From: an uncultured Actinomycetes bacterium
GTDB taxonomy: Bacteria > Actinomycetota > Thermoleophilia > Solirubrobacterales > 70-9
DNA: 24,000 bases
Assembly (NCBI GenBank): GCA_963788115.1
Contig: CAWBFD010000002.1
Location: 1,003,109 to 1,027,108, forward strand
Reading direction: 5' to 3'
How positions within the stretch are numbered: the first letter of the stretch is position 1; each line of letters opens with the position of its first letter. Under the pieces are notes generated by a model. That model saw nothing but the letters and a program-made list of their open reading frames with translations, did not search any database and was not told the DNA's origin. Position numbers and translations under genes: made by a program. This document shows, piece after piece, positions 22,295-24,000 of this stretch.

Positions 22295-22735
22295 GTGACG
22301 ACAGATGTCTTGGTGACGATGCTGCTGTGCGACGCGGCCCAGGTCGTCGGCGGAAAGCTCTACATGCTCGGCGGCGGCTGGACGCGCGTGAATGCGCCCA
22401 ATCGCCCGATCAACATGTCGCTGGCGGTCATCGTCCACGTCCCCTGGTCGCTTGCGAACGAGCGCATGAGCATCGAGGTCGGATTGCGCGACGATGACGG
22501 TGAGCCCGTCGTCATCGGCGACCGGGCGATCTCCTCGACTGGGGCGATCGAGGTGGGACGCGCCGCGGGCCTCAAGGCCGGTGAGCGGATCAACGTGCCG
22601 ATGGCGATGAACTTCAACAACATCCAGCTTGCCCCCGGCGGCTACGTCTGGGAGTGCCTGATCGAGGATCGATCGGTGGCCCGGTGGCCCTTCCGCGTGA
22701 ACCCGGCGCCCGGGCCGGCGCCGGGATCTCGCTAA
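22295..22735 (+). CDS. Hypothetical cytoplasmic protein (146 aa), unknown function
   Basis: The GTG start is preceded by GAGGAAAGG. GC3 is high. The sequence (LLCDAAQVVGGKLYMLGGGW...) is protein-like, but I cannot name a family with confidence. Confidence 0.6.
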   Translation: MTTDVLVTMLLCDAAQVVGGKLYMLGGGWTRVNAPNRPINMSLAVIVHVPWSLANERMSIEVGLRDDDGEPVVIGDRAISSTGAIEVGRAAGLKAGERINVPMAMNFNNIQLAPGGYVWECLIEDRSVARWPFRVNPAPGPAPGSR

Positions 22736-23988
22736 CCCGCGCCCGACCGCGGCACGGCCTCGAGCCGCGCTCCGGGCTCAATTCCCACCCGCGCGAGGCG
22801 GGAGAGGCCATAGCTCCGGCCCTTGCGGGCGACCGCCTTGAAGCGCCCCGGCAGCTCGAGTCGCGTGGCGACGATCGCGACGCCGCGCTTGTTGGTGCGG
22901 TCGGTGGCCCCGGCGAAGCTCACGCGCGCCCGGCGTACCGGTTGGCCGCCGCTGGTGACACGGACCGTGGCCCGAACGCGCCCCGGCAGCTCCCCCGCCT
23001 CGCTGTCGGTGATCACGACCTTGAGCCGGCGCTGGCCGCTGGCCGGGACGAAGTGGAGGAGGGCGCTGGTCGGCCCGAAGGTGGGACTGCAGCCGGGGTC
23101 GAACGGGGCGATCAGCCAGTGCAGCGTCCCGCCCAACGTGGGAATCAAATCGAGGCCCTCGGACTCGCCGCAGATCCGAAGCTCGAGCTCGAGCCGGCGC
23201 TCGCCGGTGCGGGGATCGACTGCCCATACCTGATAGACGCCCTTGGCCTCGCCAGCGAGGAAGAGCCGATCGCCGCGGAAGACGGCACCGGTGATCCCGG
23301 TCGGCGGCACGGCGCCCTCCAGCCGGCGCACCGATTGGAGCAGCGGCCCCGCCGGCGCGCTGTTGGCCTCGGAGATGTCGCTCGATCGATAGGCGAGCAG
23401 ATCGTCGCCGCTGCTGGTCCAGACGCGCGCGCCGTTGGGAGCGGTTTCCGCCCACATCGCCTTGGGGATCTCCGCCGGGTCGAGCTTCACGTAGTAGCGA
23501 AAGTCGAGGGTGGCGGGATCGGCGACGCCGAAGGCGCCGGTGCCGCAGGTGTTGTTCCCGGTTAGCGGGTCGTAGCACTCCAGCGGCAGCAGCACACGGC
23601 CGCCCTCGCCGGGGTTCCAGGTCGGATCGCCGATGTGGTTGTAGCCCTCCGACTCCCCGACCGCCGGTGGGATCGCGTTGGGAACGCCGGCCGTCTCGCG
23701 CAGCAGCGCGTTGGTGTGCCACAAGCCCTCGAAGATGCCGGTGAAGTAGAGGCTCTCGTTGCCGGCATCGGAGGTGAGCCCCTGCCAGTAGGTGACGGGA
23801 ACCGAGCTCGCTCCTGTGAGCAGCCAGCGTCCGGGGTCTCGCGCTGCCGCGGTCGGCGCGACGCCCAACGCGAGCGCGAGCGCTGCCGCGAGAACCACCA
23901 GTGATGAGCGCGCACGGGCCACCGGCCCAGTCTGACGCAACGGCCCTTGAGCCGAGGGCACCCGCATCTCCCGGGCGATCGCCGACAC
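22732..23988 (-). CDS. Secreted protein of unknown function with a C-terminal CarboxypepD_reg-like beta-sandwich
   Basis: Signal peptide RARSSLVVLAAALALALGVAPTAAA/RD. The C-terminal VRATVRVTSGGQPVRRARVSFAGATDRTNKRGVAIVATRLELPGRFKAVARKGRSYG resembles carboxypeptidase-regulatory-like domains. The start is ambiguous (GTG 23988 or ATG 23967). Confidence 0.7.
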   Translation of the reverse strand: MSAIAREMRVPSAQGPLRQTGPVARARSSLVVLAAALALALGVAPTAAARDPGRWLLTGASSVPVTYWQGLTSDAGNESLYFTGIFEGLWHTNALLRETAGVPNAIPPAVGESEGYNHIGDPTWNPGEGGRVLLPLECYDPLTGNNTCGTGAFGVADPATLDFRYYVKLDPAEIPKAMWAETAPNGARVWTSSGDDLLAYRSSDISEANSAPAGPLLQSVRRLEGAVPPTGITGAVFRGDRLFLAGEAKGVYQVWAVDPRTGERRLELELRICGESEGLDLIPTLGGTLHWLIAPFDPGCSPTFGPTSALLHFVPASGQRRLKVVITDSEAGELPGRVRATVRVTSGGQPVRRARVSFAGATDRTNKRGVAIVATRLELPGRFKAVARKGRSYGLSRLARVGIEPGARLEAVPRSGAG

Positions 23989-24000
23989 CTTGGCGCCCCG

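Noticed and set aside
1-24000. Scan for CRISPR arrays, rRNA, tRNA, IS elements with terminal inverted repeats, and riboswitch-like leaders.
   Set aside because: I found no regularly spaced repeats, no conserved rRNA/tRNA motifs and no DDE transposase ORF. The intergenic regions are short except 13429-13748 and 19352-19712, and neither shows a recognisable riboswitch core by eye.

Overview
High-G+C, gene-dense chromosomal window with Actinobacteria-like composition. I support 23 protein-coding genes and saw no rRNA, tRNA or CRISPR array. All family calls come from motif recognition by eye, not from searches.

Left end (about 0.3-4.4 kb): a lower-G+C island bounded by a tyrosine integrase, abutting the 3' end of a carbon-nitrogen hydrolase gene. 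It carries an RHH / HicB-N-like gene pair, a translationally coupled DUF2510 membrane protein plus Cys-rich secreted protein, and a frameshifted XRE regulator with a candidate palindromic operator.

Centre (4.4-12.4 kb, minus strand): the most interesting locus. A tightly coupled operon encodes a giant LmbE/PIG-L deacetylase fused to a cyclic-nucleotide-binding (CNB) domain, then a BshA-like GT4 glycosyltransferase, a short divergent BshC-like protein and a BshB1-like deacetylase. An MFS transporter with its own C-terminal CNB domain follows 64 nt later. This amounts to a complete bacillithiol-type low-molecular-weight-thiol pathway bracketed by two cNMP sensor domains.

Next come a membrane-anchored SNase/Excalibur nuclease and a second minus-strand unit for NO detoxification: hemerythrin, quinol-type NO reductase, a Cys-rich membrane protein with a transposase-like zinc-ribbon motif, and a USP::UbiB/ABC1 kinase fusion.

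Right end: a SAM methyltransferase, an AraC regulator with a VOC/glyoxalase partner, and three anchored, secreted or hypothetical proteins.
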